Notes: generated from the letters alone by a model not told the origin. DNA of 64,000 nt from the human T2T-CHM13v2.0 reference genome, Homo sapiens (GCF_009914755.1 NC_060926.1), one strand, 5' to 3'. Counted from the stretch's first letter, positions 24,062-39,135 are shown. A program made the numbers and translations.

Positions 24062-24936
24062 CTGGCGAGGGAGCACAGAAGACAGTTGAGTGGAACCCCA
24101 TGTCAGGCAGTGAGGTGGGGCACAGGGTGGAGGGGGAAAGCCACATGCCAGGGGCTCTCCCACATGCTTAACACTTGTCTCCTGGGTCCCCTGACCCCAG
24201 TGACCCCACAGAGATTAGGTTATGTGCACCAAAGTTTGGGACCCTACTGGTTGCCTCTCACTCCTGGGGCCTCCAGCACGAGCCTGGCAGTGAGAGAACA
24301 AGAGTGTCCCCCACCTGCCCCACCAACCAGTACACACAGGGGCTCTGCACTGAAGGGGGCCCAGGCAGGCAGGGAGGCGGTGGTGACTCCCTCAACAGTG
24401 CTTATGGTTTTATCTTCTAGTCCCCATCGAGACTGGAAATGCTGGACACTTGTCATGTTCTGAAAGCAGAGATCCATGCCCTGACTTGAGTTTGCAGGGC
24501 CGTCCTCGTGTTTGTCACTCCAGGACACCTGGGCACTGTGTTGTGCTGGGACAGAGTGGGGAGGGGATGTTGAGATGGGTCCCTCTGAGGTTGAGCTGTT
24601 GTTGGCCCACCAATGGCAGTCCCTGTCATGTAGGGAGGCCCCTCGAGTGGGTGGGTCGGGCTCCGTGTTCTGGGGACCCTGGAAAGGACTTGGAGGAAGG
24701 ACAGAAAGTGGAGGGGCAGTTGCCTCCAGCTGTGTGCCCATTCCTCAGGGCACCCTGAGCTGCCTGTCCCCTTGGCAGCCCCCAGGGAATGTGTGCACCA
24801 AAGGCCAATGTGTCATCTGCCTCAGGCTGGCCCTGGGTCTCCTCCCAAGAGGGTGGCCTGACATCCGGGGGCTTTGGGTGACAACCTGGCCCCTATCCCC
24901 GGCCCCAGCCACCAACTCCCAGCCCCCAGCACACAC

Positions 24937-25046
24937 GTGGTTCGTGAGGTCCATCAGGAGGTCCTCAGACATGTCATCACTGTTCAGCAGTCGCAGGATG
25001 ATCCTCTGCAGATCCTCCTCATCAATGAAGCCATTCTCATTAAAAT
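24937..25046 (-). CDS. CIB4: CIB4 exon with EF-hand loop [12 protein letters not shown]
   Basis: Acceptor ctttgcag|AT, donor CAC|GTGTGT (weak), 110 nt, phase-compatible with both neighbours. Confidence 0.93.
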
Positions 25047-26829
25047 CTGCAAAGAAGAGGCCAGGCCTGCATTAGACGGAGCTGGGGGCTAAACAGGAAG
25101 AGGACTTGAGGAGTCCTGGGGGACACAGCACCAGCCAGGACCCCACAGATGCCCATTAGCCTCTGGGAGGCCCCCCAGAGCCCAACTCTCCCAGGTGGGT
25201 CACACGTATGTGCTAAATAACCCGTCGGAAATACCAATGGTAGTAAGTATCGATCGTGTGTGTACTACATGCTCAGACCTCTCCTGAGAGCTTTAAGTCA
25301 TTGAATCTTCACAATCAACCTTTTATTAGTCTTTTACCAAAAAGAAACTGAGGCACAGAGGGTTATATGGTTGTCTGCAGCACCAGGAAGTGGAAGGGGA
25401 GATTCAAACCCAGCCAGGCTGACCTCCGAGCCCCATATCCACCCCTGCGCTTTGCAACTCTCCATCTCACAATTCAGAAGCCAGGGTGTCTTTTGGTGGC
25501 TGGGAGCCAGGCAGTGTGGAGCAGAGGGTGGCCTGGATCTGAAGTCAGAAGGCCTGGATCCCAGTCCCTGCTCCTGTCCCGATGTGGTAGCTCTGTGATC
25601 TGGGCATGTGCCCTCACCTCTGCAGTGAAGGGGGACAATGGTCCTTGTAGACTGTCCACAGTGGGGCTGGCCATACTGACCCTGGCTATGCCCTCAAAGG
25701 GTTAAGGGGACAAGAGGCAATATTCCCTCCAACCCCGTGCATCCTCCTTCCTGAAATGGAGTCCAGAATTGGGCAAGAATGGGCACCATTTCTTCATCCC
25801 AGGCAAGCCACAGCTGTCAGATAAAGGGTAATGTGACAGGGAGCCTGCAGACCATGGCAGGCTCCTTACATTTCACATCCCCCTGTAAAATAACCCAGGA
25901 TGCTGCCGTGGCCCTGGTGTGCACAGAGGGTTCCGGCCGTGGGGAGCCCTGGGGACTCTGGGGTGGGTGGCAGTGGGGGCAGCACCGGGACTTCCCAGAC
26001 TTCTGGGGGCCGCACTGACTCCCGTGTGTGCCGGCTGCTAGTTCCTCAACTGCAGCCACAGCCCAGGGCCCCTGCCTTCCAGGACAGCGCTCAGAAGTGC
26101 CCACCCACCGTCCCGCCAGTCGGGGAGTGCTGCCCTGAGCCTGGCCAGGCCTTGGGTCCTCCTTTTAGGGCCATAAAATATGGTCATTACATAAACCTCC
26201 TGAGTACTGAACAGTCAGGGTCCACCTGACCCTATTTCCCACAGAGCCACCTTGAGGGGTGTCCTTTATCCCTCAGGGCTGCCTAAATGGGTCTTCTCAA
26301 CAGACCTTGGAAGAGCATGACCTGGAGGGACGGTGGGTGGAGGAGGTGCCAGGCCACCAGCGGGCAGAGACCGAGGCACCCTGGGGAGCCAGGGACGGCG
26401 GCAGAGATGGAGCCACCCTGGGATGCCAGGCAGGGACAGCAGCAGAGGAGCCACCCTGGGGTGCTTGGCAGGAGTGACTGGCATGGTGTGAGGGGAGCAG
26501 AGGGTGCGGGGAGGGCCTGGGTGGAGAAGCATCAGGGGTTAAGTCTGGAAGGCAGGCCGAGCTGTGAAGGCCTTGAATGGCAGGTGAGGTGATGTCCGGC
26601 CTTCTCAGCACCACTCCCCTAGAGCTCCCAGCAGTCACCCAAGCCCCTCACTGGATGGGCCGGGTGGTAAACACAGCTGCCTGAGTGAATTATAATAGTC
26701 ACCACCACAGCAAGCACAGATGTTTTCGCTGTGGCCAGGCAGTGGTCTAAGAGCTTTGCAGTTCACTGCATTTAATCCTTCAGAGATTATGAAACTGAGG
26801 CATGCACAGATTAAATAACCCTACTTACC

Positions 26830-27790
26830 TCCTTAATCTCATTTCAGCTCATTGCAACCTTTAAATATCACCTATAGGCTAATGAATGCCAAATGTATGT
26901 CTCCACCCTGGGTTTCTCCCCGAACTCCAGGCTCACATATGCACCTGCCTTCCTGCTCCTACCCAATAGTCCCTCATATGCTACCTGTCCAAGCCCAGGC
27001 TCCTCATGCTCCCCTCCCCAGCCCTTACCTCTAGACCTGCTGCACTCACAGCTGTCCCCTCCCTAGGAAGTGGGACTCTTCAGGACTCTTCCAGCCACTC
27101 AGGCCAACCTGGAGTCACCCTTACCTCTCTCCCTTGCACCCCACAGGCGATGGGTTGGCAAATCCTCCCAGCTCCCCGCACTTCCCATGCACTACCCCAC
27201 CCTAGCCCAGCCACCGTTGCCTCTCTCCAGCTCACCCTGGCAGTCTCTTGCTGAGCTTCCCTCCTCTCTCTCTGCCCCCGGAAGTCTATTCCCAACACAG
27301 CAGCCCGGGTGATCTGTTGATCGTCATTCCTTCCTCATTGCCCTCTTCTTGCAGCCCTGTGTCACCCAGAGCGGAGCCCAAGTCCTAATCCCCAAGTCAG
27401 CCCGCCCTCACTCTGCCTCCTTGCTCAGTCAAGCCAGACACAATCCTGCCTCAGGGCCTTCGCACGGAGGCTCCCCCTCCTCGGGACACTCTCACCCAGA
27501 GATCCTCTAGGTCTTTATTCAAGTGTCGGCTCCTCCTAGGGCATCACCCAGCCCCTGTGAAAACATGCACTTCCTATGTCTTCCCAGCTTTGTCCTTCTC
27601 CCATCACAGAATACTCCCCAACACACTACGTGTTATTAGCTCGTTTATTTCCCTCCACTTGAATATAAATTCCACAAGGGCAGACATCTTTGTCTTTTTG
27701 CTCACTGCTATATCCCAAGTGCCCAGAACAATGCCTGGGACAGAGTAGACACTCAATGGCTGTTGTTGAATAAATAACGAATGAACTACC
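26830..27790. mobile_element. LINE-2 3' fragment (degenerate)
   Basis: L2 3'-end signature CCCAGAACAATGCCTGGGACAGAGTAGACACTCAA...TTGAATAAATAACGAATGAA. Confidence 0.7.
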
Positions 27791-28154
27791 CAGGGTAACC
27801 ATTGGTAAGTGATGGAGACAGGATTAAACCCAGGCAGTCTCACTTAATGGGAAGTCTATGCTCTTAACTACCCCTAACTGCCTTTGTTGCAATAAAGCGC
27901 CAATCTTTCATGGGCAGAGGATCACCCAAAACAATCACTACATTTGCCAGCCTCCGTTGCTGCTAGATGTGCCCATGTGACCATGTTCTGGCCGATGAAG
28001 TGTAAGCAGAAGAGGCACAGACAACTTCTGGGACCATCTATAAAGAGAAGGTGTGGTCGTCTGGGATAATGAGGTGACCTTGGGAATGAAGGATAAAGCG
28101 ACAAGACAGGAGGACCTGGGATCCCTGACACTGAGAGCTTTAGAATAGGTAACT

Positions 28155-28452
28155 GGCCCGGCACGGTGGATTACACTGTGGATTACATTCACGCCTGTAA
28201 TCCCAGCACTTTGGGAGGCCAAGGCAGGTGGATCACTAGGTCAGGAGATTGAGACCATCCTGGCTAACACAGTGAAACCCCGTCTCTACTAAAAATACAA
28301 AAAATTAGCCGGGCGTAGTGGCTGGCGCCTGTAGTCCCAGCTACTCGGGAGGCTGAGGCAGGAGAATGGCATGAACCTGGGAGGCAGAGCTTGCAGTGAG
28401 TGAGATCACGCCACTGCACTCCAGCCTGGGCGACAGAGCAAGACTCCGTCTC

Positions 28453-28481
<29 letters not shown>
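28155..28481 (+). mobile_element. AluY-like element with an altered 5' end
   Basis: GAGACCATCCTGGCTAACAC and GGCATGAACC/AGCTTGCAGTGAG are AluY-type diagnostics; about 29-nt A tail. Confidence 0.93.
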
Positions 28482-28485
<4 letters not shown>

Positions 28486-30120
28486 CACTATGGGTAACTA
28501 TCTCTTGACTTCTACATATTAGATAAATAAATATATAGCTTTCAGCAATCTTGGAAGCTATCTTGCTTAAGCCACTGCTACCTGTGTTATACTGTCTTTG
28601 GCCACCAAATTTAATCCTAATTCATTATCTGAGTCTCAGTTTCCTCATCTGTAAAACGGGAGTAATAGCAGTACCTCTGCAGAGTTGCTGTGGAGATTAA
28701 ATAAGAAAATACATGGACATCACCTGGAATATAGAAGATATTCAGTATAGAAGGTTAGATATAAATAAGAATAAGCATATTAGTTATATCTAATAAGCAT
28801 CTTCTATACTAAGATATCTTAGTATATATAGTTATCATCACTACTTAGTAAATATACAAAGCTATAACTTAGTATAGTTATATATATCTTTTATACTAAG
28901 AGGCTCAATTCTACATCACTTGATTGCTAAACACTAAAAGTGCAAACCAAAGAGGCTTTATAAACCCACCTTGAAGGAAAGGAACTAGAGCTATATTGGT
29001 TTCTACCAGTTTCCATACTCATTTCTACTAGAGAAACTAAGGCCCAGGTTTGCTCATGTCACAGGGTCCTTTGGTGGCAGAGCCAAGACTTGTCTCTGTT
29101 CCCCATGGCAGGATATGGGTGTGGAAGGTGTAAGTTCCCCTCACTCCTCCAGCAGTGCCCCTTCCCTGGCTGAATGCTTGTCAGTGTCAGGACTGGAGCC
29201 TCTCTCCCTGCACAGGCTCTGCTACCACCTCCATGGGAAATGGCTCAGAGCAGGTGAAGGGGGCGAAGGGACCAGCCCCAGGGCCTGGAGACCGTGGACA
29301 GCTGCAGTGACACTACACTGCTGCTGGGAACCTCTGCAGCCTCTCAGAGACCCTGCGGTGTCCCCAGGCGTCCTGCTGGCCCAGCTCTTCTATGCAGAGA
29401 CTGCAGCAAATGACATGGCTTTGGCCCCAAGCCATCTGGAAACAGAATAATTTGCTAGAGTAAATGTATTCCTGGACAGTTCCCCTCCTTTGGGGGTGGC
29501 AAGGACAGGGCAGCCTGGGAGGGGCTGGGGGCTGAGAGCTCCGGGAGGCTGACCAGCCCAGGCGGCCTCTGCAGCCTCAGACCACTTGGGAGGGGCTAGA
29601 GCCTTCTTCTTGCTGTCTCCCAACAATGCTAGGAGGGGCTCAGAGAGCTGGTGGAGTCAGGGCTCAGCCTTCAGTCCCCCCAAAGACTCTGACCATTGTC
29701 ACTCGAAGTCTCTGTCATTCTTACTACTTGCAGTTTCCCAGGACTTTTACAGAAATCAACCTGTGGTGGAGGGAGGGCTCCTTTCACCGTGACTTTTGTG
29801 AGAACTGAGGTTTCTTCCTTTGCCTCTCCCCAGCCACCTGCACCTGCCGTGGCGTCAGTCCCTGGGAAGGTATGGGGAGACCTGCCAAAGGTGCTCCGGT
29901 ACCTGCCTGGGGATAATTCCTAACTGGTGGAGGCTGTGCTGATGGGAGCAGGAAGACATTGCTGGGATGGTGGTCTCTCACCAGTGGAAACTGTCTCCAG
30001 AGGTACAGAGAGAGGAGAGTGAGCAGTTGGAGACCAGAGTGTCTCTCAGAGCAGGACATGGAGGCCAGTAGGTAAGCTCCAGGGAGGTGTGGCTGTCCCT
30101 GCTGGCTGCTGCCGCTGCTG

Positions 30121-30222
30121 CTTCTTCTTCTTTCTTCTTCTTCTTCTTCTTCTTCTTCTTCTTCTTCTTCTTCTTCTTCTTCTTCTTCTTCTTCTTCTTC
30201 TTCTTCTTCCTCTTCCTCTTCT

Positions 30223-30269
<47 letters not shown>

Positions 30270-30480
30270 TTCTTCTTCTTCTTCTTCTCCTTCCCCTTCC
30301 CCTTCCCCTTCTCCTTCTCCTTCTTCCTCTTCCTCTTCCTCCCCTTCCCCTTCCTCTTCTTCTTCCTCCTCCTCCCCCTCTTCTTCTACTTCTCCTTCCT
30401 CCTATTCTCCTTCCTCCTCCTCCTTCTTTCCTCCTCCTCCTCCTCTCCTTCTCCTTCTCCTCCTTCTCCTTCTTCTTCTA
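30121..30480. repeat. (TTC)n/(GAA)n microsatellite and polypyrimidine tract at an Alu tail
   Basis: (TTC)26 at 30132-30209, then CTC TTC CTC (TTC)9 CTC (TTC)13, then mixed TTC/CTC/TTCCCC up to the Alu. Confidence 0.97.
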
Positions 30481-30781
<301 letters not shown>

Positions 30782-31279
30782 TGACCAAAAGCCATTCTCC
30801 TGTCTTTCTTACTAACATAACTGCAGTTTCTTTTCAGGATGACACCATGTCCAGCTTAAAATGTGTAGCTGGATGTTTTAAGTCTCCTTTGCAGCTATGG
30901 GTAGCCAGGTGACATAGTTCTAGCCAATGAAATATAAACCAAAAATGCCGGGTGGGGCTTCCAAGAAAGCTTGTGAAAGGAGAGTGGACTTAGCTGCACT
31001 TTGGACGTACTTTTGTCCTGATCCCTTCTCCTATCACCTTTTCTTCCTGAAATGAAGATGAGATGTCTTTGGGCACAGAAGCCATGTTGTGACTATGAGG
31101 ATAATGGTCCCCGACTGTTGGCAGAACAGGAAGCTTGAAGGAGCCTGGGCCCTCAGTAACCTCCTGAAGCCATTGCCCCAACTCTGGACTGCCTGACTCC
31201 AGACTTTGTTTTTTCTTTTTTGTAATACCATGGCCACTGCTCCACATCACTGAATGCAACCCTAGCTCCTGCAGCAGTT

Positions 31280-31402
31280 TAGAGCAACAGTTCTCACAGT
31301 CTGCTGCTCATTCGAGCCATCCAGGGAGCTTCCAAAAAGCCCAGGGACCAGGACATACCCAATACCATTCCATCAGGTCCCTGGAGCTGGGGCCCAAGCA
31401 TC

Positions 31403-31436
<34 letters not shown>

Positions 31437-31640
31437 ACAGGTGATTCAATGTACAGCCAAGTGTGAGAAGCAGTGGGTTAGATCAATGCTTCTTAGACGT
31501 TAAAGCACAGAGGAATCTTGCTAAAATGCAGATTCAGATCCAGTGGGTGGAGTAGGGCCTGGGGCTCTGCATTTCTGATAAGCTTCCTGGCAGTGCTGAT
31601 ACTGCTGCTCTGTGGGCCACACCGGGGGTAGCAAGGGGCC
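31280..31640. mobile_element. Two adjacent MER5-type hAT MITE relics, the first containing A28 (31406-31433)
   Basis: CAGTTCTCA...GGGCCC...CAGGTGATTC...TGAGAAGCAGTG, followed by a second similar unit. Confidence 0.65.
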
Positions 31641-32689
31641 GGAGCACTGAGTTCCGTCTTTGGACGGAATCATCACCATGACAGTTACCATGCCCGCCTT
31701 CTCCTTTCCCTTTCTGTCTCCTTTCCCCTCTTTTTTGATCCTTCTTCATCCTTCACTGTGGACCACTCCCCCCTCGACTTACTACGCAGGCTCAGGATCC
31801 ACGTGTCCCATCTCTAATCTTGCTGACAGCTCTGTAAAGAAACCTTCCGAGCCCAGAGAGAATTCAGGGTTGTCTGAGTCTATCTGATGAAGCCTGGGCA
31901 TTTATGAGCCCCTGGGCATCTATTTGCACAGCTGATTTGCATGAAGGCTTTGAACTTTTTGTGTTTGTGCTGAGGCTGGAGGAAGGAACCTCTGTGCTGC
32001 AAGGGGCCTGGAGAGAGAGTGGGGAGAAAGATACAAAGACATTGTGGGGGATATTGTGGTGTCTAGTCCTTGATCTACCCTGAGGCTCTCAGTCTGACCT
32101 CTGGGGACAGTGGGTGTTCTCCCCATGTCGCAGCTGAACACGATTTAGCTTGTGCCTTGAAGCCCAAGGAGAACCTTCTGCTCACCTCGCTCCTGAAGGG
32201 TTTGAGTGTTTTTGTTTGTTTAGCTCAGGAAACCATGGAAAGTCAGCGGAGGCAGACGTCTTTTGTGGCCTCTGCCCAGCCTACGCTCTACCGTCTCTGA
32301 GAAGTGTCCCCACCCCAGTGGCAGGCCTCTGGAGCCATGCTTGTTTCACAACTCTGCTTCTTTTTGGCTGCAGGTGATTGGGCAAGGCTGGTCACCTATC
32401 CCAGGGGAAGCTAGATCACTGGCTGGGTGAGAAAACAGAAGGGAGAAACAGAGATGCTTGTGGCTACTCAGAGTGAAGCCTACAGGCCATGTGGGGGCCG
32501 GGGAGTCATCTTTGGCCTGTGGGCACAGAGGCATAGCAGATCTGCAGAAGGAGAAGGAAAGCCCACAGAGAGAGGCAGAGATGAGAGACGAGGCAGCCAT
32601 GGAGAGGAGACTGCAGCTGCCTGGCTTCCTGACTCTCATCCAGCTGTGCCCTAGGGCCCCAGGAGTCCTGCCTCACTTCCACCATGGGC

Positions 32690-33270
32690 TCCATAGTGCT
32701 CTTGGCAGACGAACTCTAGTGACCTCTCTCCTAAGAGCCACACATCTTGGTGCTCAGGCTTTCGTATAATCCCCAACCCCCTTGAGTGTGGGTGGGAACT
32801 GTGACTTGCTTGTAACCAATGGAACTTGGCAAAAGTGATGGGCTGTCACCTCCACCATCACGCTGTCTTTTATGACTCCATCTTGCCAGTGGGGTGACTC
32901 AAGAGTCTCTCCCCCTGGCTGTCTTTAAAGAAGCAAGTGGCCAGGTTGAGAGGCCCATGTGTCCAGGAGCTGAGGGCAGCCTCCGGCTGAGAGCCGGCAA
33001 GAAGTCAAGGCCCTAAGTCCTGCAGACACAAGGAAGTAAATTCTGCCAACAACGTGGGCAAGCTCATGAGCAGATTCCCCCAGTCAAGCGCCCTCCAGGT
33101 GAGAAGGCACCCCGGCCAGAACCTTGATGGCAGCTTGCAAAACCCTAAGAGGAGGACCCAACTAAGTGATGCCTGGACTCCTAACCCACAGAAACTGTGA
33201 GGTTACTAATGTATGTAATCTAAAGCCTCTAAGCTTGTGGTAATTTCTTACACAATGGAAAACTCATCTA
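32690..33270 (+). mobile_element. MLT1-type MaLR LTR
   Basis: AATTCTGCCAACAAC...CCCACAGAAACTGTGAG...AAGCTTGTGGTAATTT is a typical MLT1 3' end. Confidence 0.7.
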
Positions 33271-34035
33271 GTGCTGGTTCTTATCAGTGGCATTTACATA
33301 GGTAAGTTTCTGTGGTTTGCAACCGAAAGACTCTTGGCTAAGACAGAAACAGCAAGCCTGGGCTGGCATCTTCCCAGAGGAGCGACCCCAGCCAGAGAGC
33401 ACTGATGGGGGCTTGAGCCAGCACGGCTGCCACCTGTGGGAGGCCTGGCCGAGAGGAGCAGCGGCTAGAGGGCTCCAACTCCCTGGATGCATTGGGATCC
33501 CCATGGAAACTCCCAGAAATACTTGTGGTAAGGAAGGGGGAACGCTGGTGTGGACAGGTGGGGCCCATGAAGCCAACAGAATTTGGGTATGTGATTTAAT
33601 TTCTACATACCCTGCTTGGAGTTCACTGTAAATCTGTGTCTTACATCAAATGTAGGACATTTGGGGCCATTATGTCTTCAAATATCTTTTCTGCACCGGT
33701 CACTCTCTCCTCTCCTTGTCAGACTCCACCTAGATACATGTTAGAGCTTTCTATTGTCCTGCACGTCTCTGAGGCTCTGTTCCCCTTTCCCTTGAATAAT
33801 TTTTCTCTCTGTTCTTCAGATTAAGTTATTTCTATTGTTCTGTCTTCAAGTTTCCTGACTCTTCTGTTATCTCAATTCTCTCGTTAAGCTCATCCAGTGC
33901 ATTTTTGTTTCAGATATTTTATTTTTCAGTTCTATATTTTCCATTTGATTCTTTCTTATAGTTTCTACTTCTTTGCTGAGATTTCCTATCTTTTCATTTG
34001 TTATGAGCAGTTTTTACATCCTTGGGCATGATTAT

Positions 34036-34457
34036 TGTGATGATTAATGGTACGTGTCAATTTGACTGAGCTAAGGTTGCCCGGATAGCTGGCAACAGAT
34101 TCTTTCTGGGTGTCTCTGTCAGGGTGTTTCCGGAAGAGACTGGCATTTGAATCAATAGGCTGAGTAAAGATGATCTGTCCTCACCAATTAGACATTGTTC
34201 CATCCATGGAGGGTCCAACGAACAAAAAGGTGGGGGAAGGATGAATTTGTACTCTCTGAGCTGAGACATCCGTCTTCTCCCATCCACAGACATTGATGCT
34301 CCTGGTTCTTGGACTTTCAGAATGAATTATGCTACCGCCTTTCCTAGCTTTCCAGCTTGCAGACAGCAGATGATGGGACTCCTCAGCCTCCATAATCACA
34401 TGAGCCAGTTCCTAGAATAAATCTCTCTCTCTTTCTAGATATATATGTAGAGATATG

Positions 34458-34488
<31 letters not shown>

Positions 34489-34671
34489 ATATATACATAT
34501 ATACATATACATATATACACACGCACACATATACACACACACATATATACACACACATATATACACACACATATATATACACACTATATATACACACACA
34601 TACACTCACATACATATACACATATAAATAGCCTATTGGTTCTGTTTCTCTGCAGAATCCTGACTAATACA
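34036..34671 (+). mobile_element. MLT2 (ERVL) solo LTR with an internal TG/TA/CA microsatellite, inserted in an old L1
   Basis: TGTGATGATTAAT...GTGTCAATTTGACTGAGCTAAGG start and CCTGACTAATACA end; near-TSD ATTAT/GTTAT. Confidence 0.85.
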
Positions 34672-36324
34672 GTTATAATAGCTAATTTTAAATCTTTATT
34701 AGCTAATTCCAACATCTAGGTCATGTCAGTCAGTCTCCATTCTTGAGAATTCATCAATGAAAACAAATTTTTGTACATTGTGTACAATTTTGAATAGCTT
34801 CTTGGATATTATAAATGTTTTGTTGTAGACACTCTGTATTTCTCCAAAGATTGCTGAATTTTTGGTTTTAGCAGGCAATTGATTTCGACTCAAAGTGCAA
34901 ACCCTGTCACTCATGGATCTGGTTAAAATGTGGTGGCAGCTCAAATCTCAGTTTAGTTCTTTTATCCTTAGCTGAGCTGCTTTGAGTTTGCCCTCGTGTA
35001 TGTGGTGTAGAGGTCAGAAAGAGATATGGGCGTAGTTTACACACAACATTTGGACTCCCTTTCTCTTTCATAGGCTCTCCCTCACTTTGTAGGGGCTGTG
35101 TGTGCCCCAAACTCTCTGGCTTTTCAAGTCAGAAAGAATCCAGTGTTTCCATCAGCCTGCCTGAGTCCAGTGTTTCCACTCACTGAAGCCTACCTTCAGG
35201 ATAAAAAAGTTAAAAATAAAAAAAGTGGGTGAAGGAAAACCCATCCACTACCGTTTCCTTCTTCCAGGCATCAGATCTCTCTAGAACACATCTCGCTTTT
35301 GGTAGCTTTCCAATGCCATCAGCTAGTTGATTTTTATATGTAGAGTTTTATAGTTGCTATCTGCAGGAGTGACCTATGATAGGAGTTTACTCAGCCATTC
35401 TCAGGAGGGGACTCTGTGATTTCATGTGTGCTTACCAAATGCTGAACCTGAGGACATATGAGATAAAAAATATTAAGTCCTTTTTACAGATGAAAAAACT
35501 GAGGCCTCATAGGTCCCTCTGGCTTAAAGCTCTTCTACTGTCTTCTATCCACATCCCACTTGGGTGAGGCAGAAATGAGATGGAGTCCACCATGTGGAGA
35601 CTGGGGAGGAGCTGGCAGGAAAGGAAGGAACGTGAGATGCGAATGAGCAAGTCTAAATGTGCAAGTCCTTTGGGGCCAAAAAGTTATCAGGATGCACTGA
35701 AGACTTGCACCTGGTTTGTTTGAAAGCATCTTAAGACTTCTTTCTTTCCTTTTGATTCCTTTTGAGAATTCCCTTGCATCCCAGCTGTGCTAAGCAGACA
35801 TTTGCCTGGTGAAGAGCAGAACTTCAGCAGAGTCTTGTGACTACCCGAGACAGAGACAGAGACCAAAAAATGTCAAAGTGCCTCAGAGATTCTCTCTCCC
35901 TATCCCCTCATTTTACAGATGAGAAAACTGAGCCCCAGAAAGGTGAAATGATTTGTCCAAGATTGTTCAAATTTTCTTAACTTCCCATCCAACGCTCCTT
36001 CTGCCAAATAAGCATAAATCCTTTACATGCATATGTGATTCTCTCTCTCTCTCGCCTGCCCACACACCACACACTACCAGCAAATATCAACGCCAATGAC
36101 CCCATTGCCCTCTGATGACACCGAGGGGAGTCTGTCCATTGATGCTGTCATTCTCAATCTTTTTTTTTTATTCCATGGTACATGCAAAATATGACACAGA
36201 CCCACAGATACCCAAGCACACCCCAGTTAATGCCATCCATCAATGAACTGATGATGGAGTCCAGATACGGTATGTTCTCTATGGCCCTTCCACCCCTCAC
36301 CTCTCAGTCCCCCACAGCACCTAC

Positions 36325-36466
36325 CATAGATGCGAAAGGCATACTCAATCTTCAGGCTTGGGCAGGCCTGCTCGCTGAACACAGATGCCATGCCCAGCAC
36401 ATCCTCAAAGGAGAACATGCCTTTGTGGGAGAACACTCTGCAGATACGGTCTCTGAAAGGGTTGAC
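36325..36466 (-). CDS. CIB4: CIB4 (calcium and integrin binding family member 4) internal exon, [13 protein letters not shown]...KIEYAFRIY
   Basis: Acceptor cccacag|GTC, donor G|GTAGGT, 142 nt. The NPFxxRICRVFS and K..YAFRIYDF motifs are typical of CIB-family EF-hand proteins. Confidence 0.95.
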
Positions 36467-37580
36467 CTGTGGGCGACAGGAGGAGCAGGGAGGAGGTCTA
36501 TCAGGGTCGGGGCTGTGTCTCCCTGGGTCTCTCTCATCTATTACAAACACTGTGTCCTGGGTTTGAGATGAAGACAACAGCCACAATGTAAATATCGGAG
36601 TAGATGGTGGCTCACTGAGCCAGGACCCTGGGCATGATGGGGTGCCGGGGATGAATCTTGCAGTTGGATATGTGACTTCACAAGATTCCTGCAAGGATGC
36701 CACAATTGAAGATAATGGTTATAATGCAAATGCAAATGAACAAGAGATTGTCAGAGCTGAAACCTCTCCTACTCTAAATACGAGTCCTTCTCTATGAGGT
36801 AGAAATCATGAGCATCCAGGCAGAAATAACAAGAAGTCCTGCATCAATTTTCTTGTCCTGTGCTCAGGCGGGTGCAAGGCAAGCCAACAGGCTCACTGCC
36901 CAAGCGCATAGCCAGCCAGGGAATGAGATACCAAGCTTCTTTTCCCTGGGGACCTCCCCTTGTCTTTGCTAGTAGTGATGGGAGGGAGGTGGTTGCCAGG
37001 ACACCAATACACTCCTTAGATCCATGTCACATGACTTATCTGCGCACACACACACACACACACAAACCATGTCTTATAGAGACTGAAAACAGGACAGTTG
37101 ATGTGGTAGCTGCTGGTAGCACGAATAGTACCTATGACACAACATGTGAGCACGTTGGAAGATGCAGAGAAAATATTGCCTAAGATATACAGAAATAAGT
37201 ATTTGAACAAATTTCACACTGTGAAAGCTTTGCTAAATAGTTAAATAAAGGTATAGATTTTCTAATGTGGTTTTCCTAGATTCTGTATGTGAAAAACCAC
37301 ATTTCTGCAAGCCACGAAAGGAAACAGAGACATGGACTGAATAGTAAATGAATGTCTTTAATAAAAACACCATTGCTGGGGAAAAGTGAAGGTACTCATC
37401 GAGGGGGGTGGCTGCTCCAGGATGGAAAAGAATTCTGGGGTGAGGATGCAGGATGGTAACACATGCCAAATGACTTCCCTGCAGGATTTCCTGCCGGGTA
37501 CTGCAGTCAGGAAGGTAAGCCCAGAAATAACTAAAGTACAGCAGAAGGCATTGAAATGGTTCTTTTTTAAAAAAGAGTTA

Positions 37581-38670
<1,090 letters not shown>

Positions 38671-39135
38671 ACAATATTATTAGCTATATGTAAACAATAG
38701 CATAGTGTAAGGAAGAAATCTTACTATATCTATTAAAGGGAAAATTGTTTGTTAAATATTTTATGTAGTTTTTAGCTTGTCCTTAAATTTTTTTATTTTG
38801 ATATTATATCAGATTAGTATAGTAGTAAATGTATACAGTTTATAAATGAATATATACATATGATGAGTACATGTTTCTCATTTTTTCATATTATTGCGGG
38901 GGATTTGTGATCTAGGCTAACCTGCTCATCTCACGGATGTGGAAATGAGGCCTGGGGAAGGGGAGGGACTCAGCCAGCAAGTGGGAGAGCCGGCCTGAGA
39001 CCCAGGACTCCTGAGCCTGTCCTGCCCTATTTCCACTAAGGTGCCTGGTGCCAAAAAAAAAAAAGCAAAGGCCAAGCAGTGGCCATTAAAATATAGAAAA
39101 CCTTGGAAATGGATCCCTCTAAAATTCTTACTTTA

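Noticed and set aside
31406-31433. A28 tract as an independent retro-insertion
   Set aside because: No TSD or element body; it sits where MER5 has a short A-rich segment, so slippage expansion is more likely.
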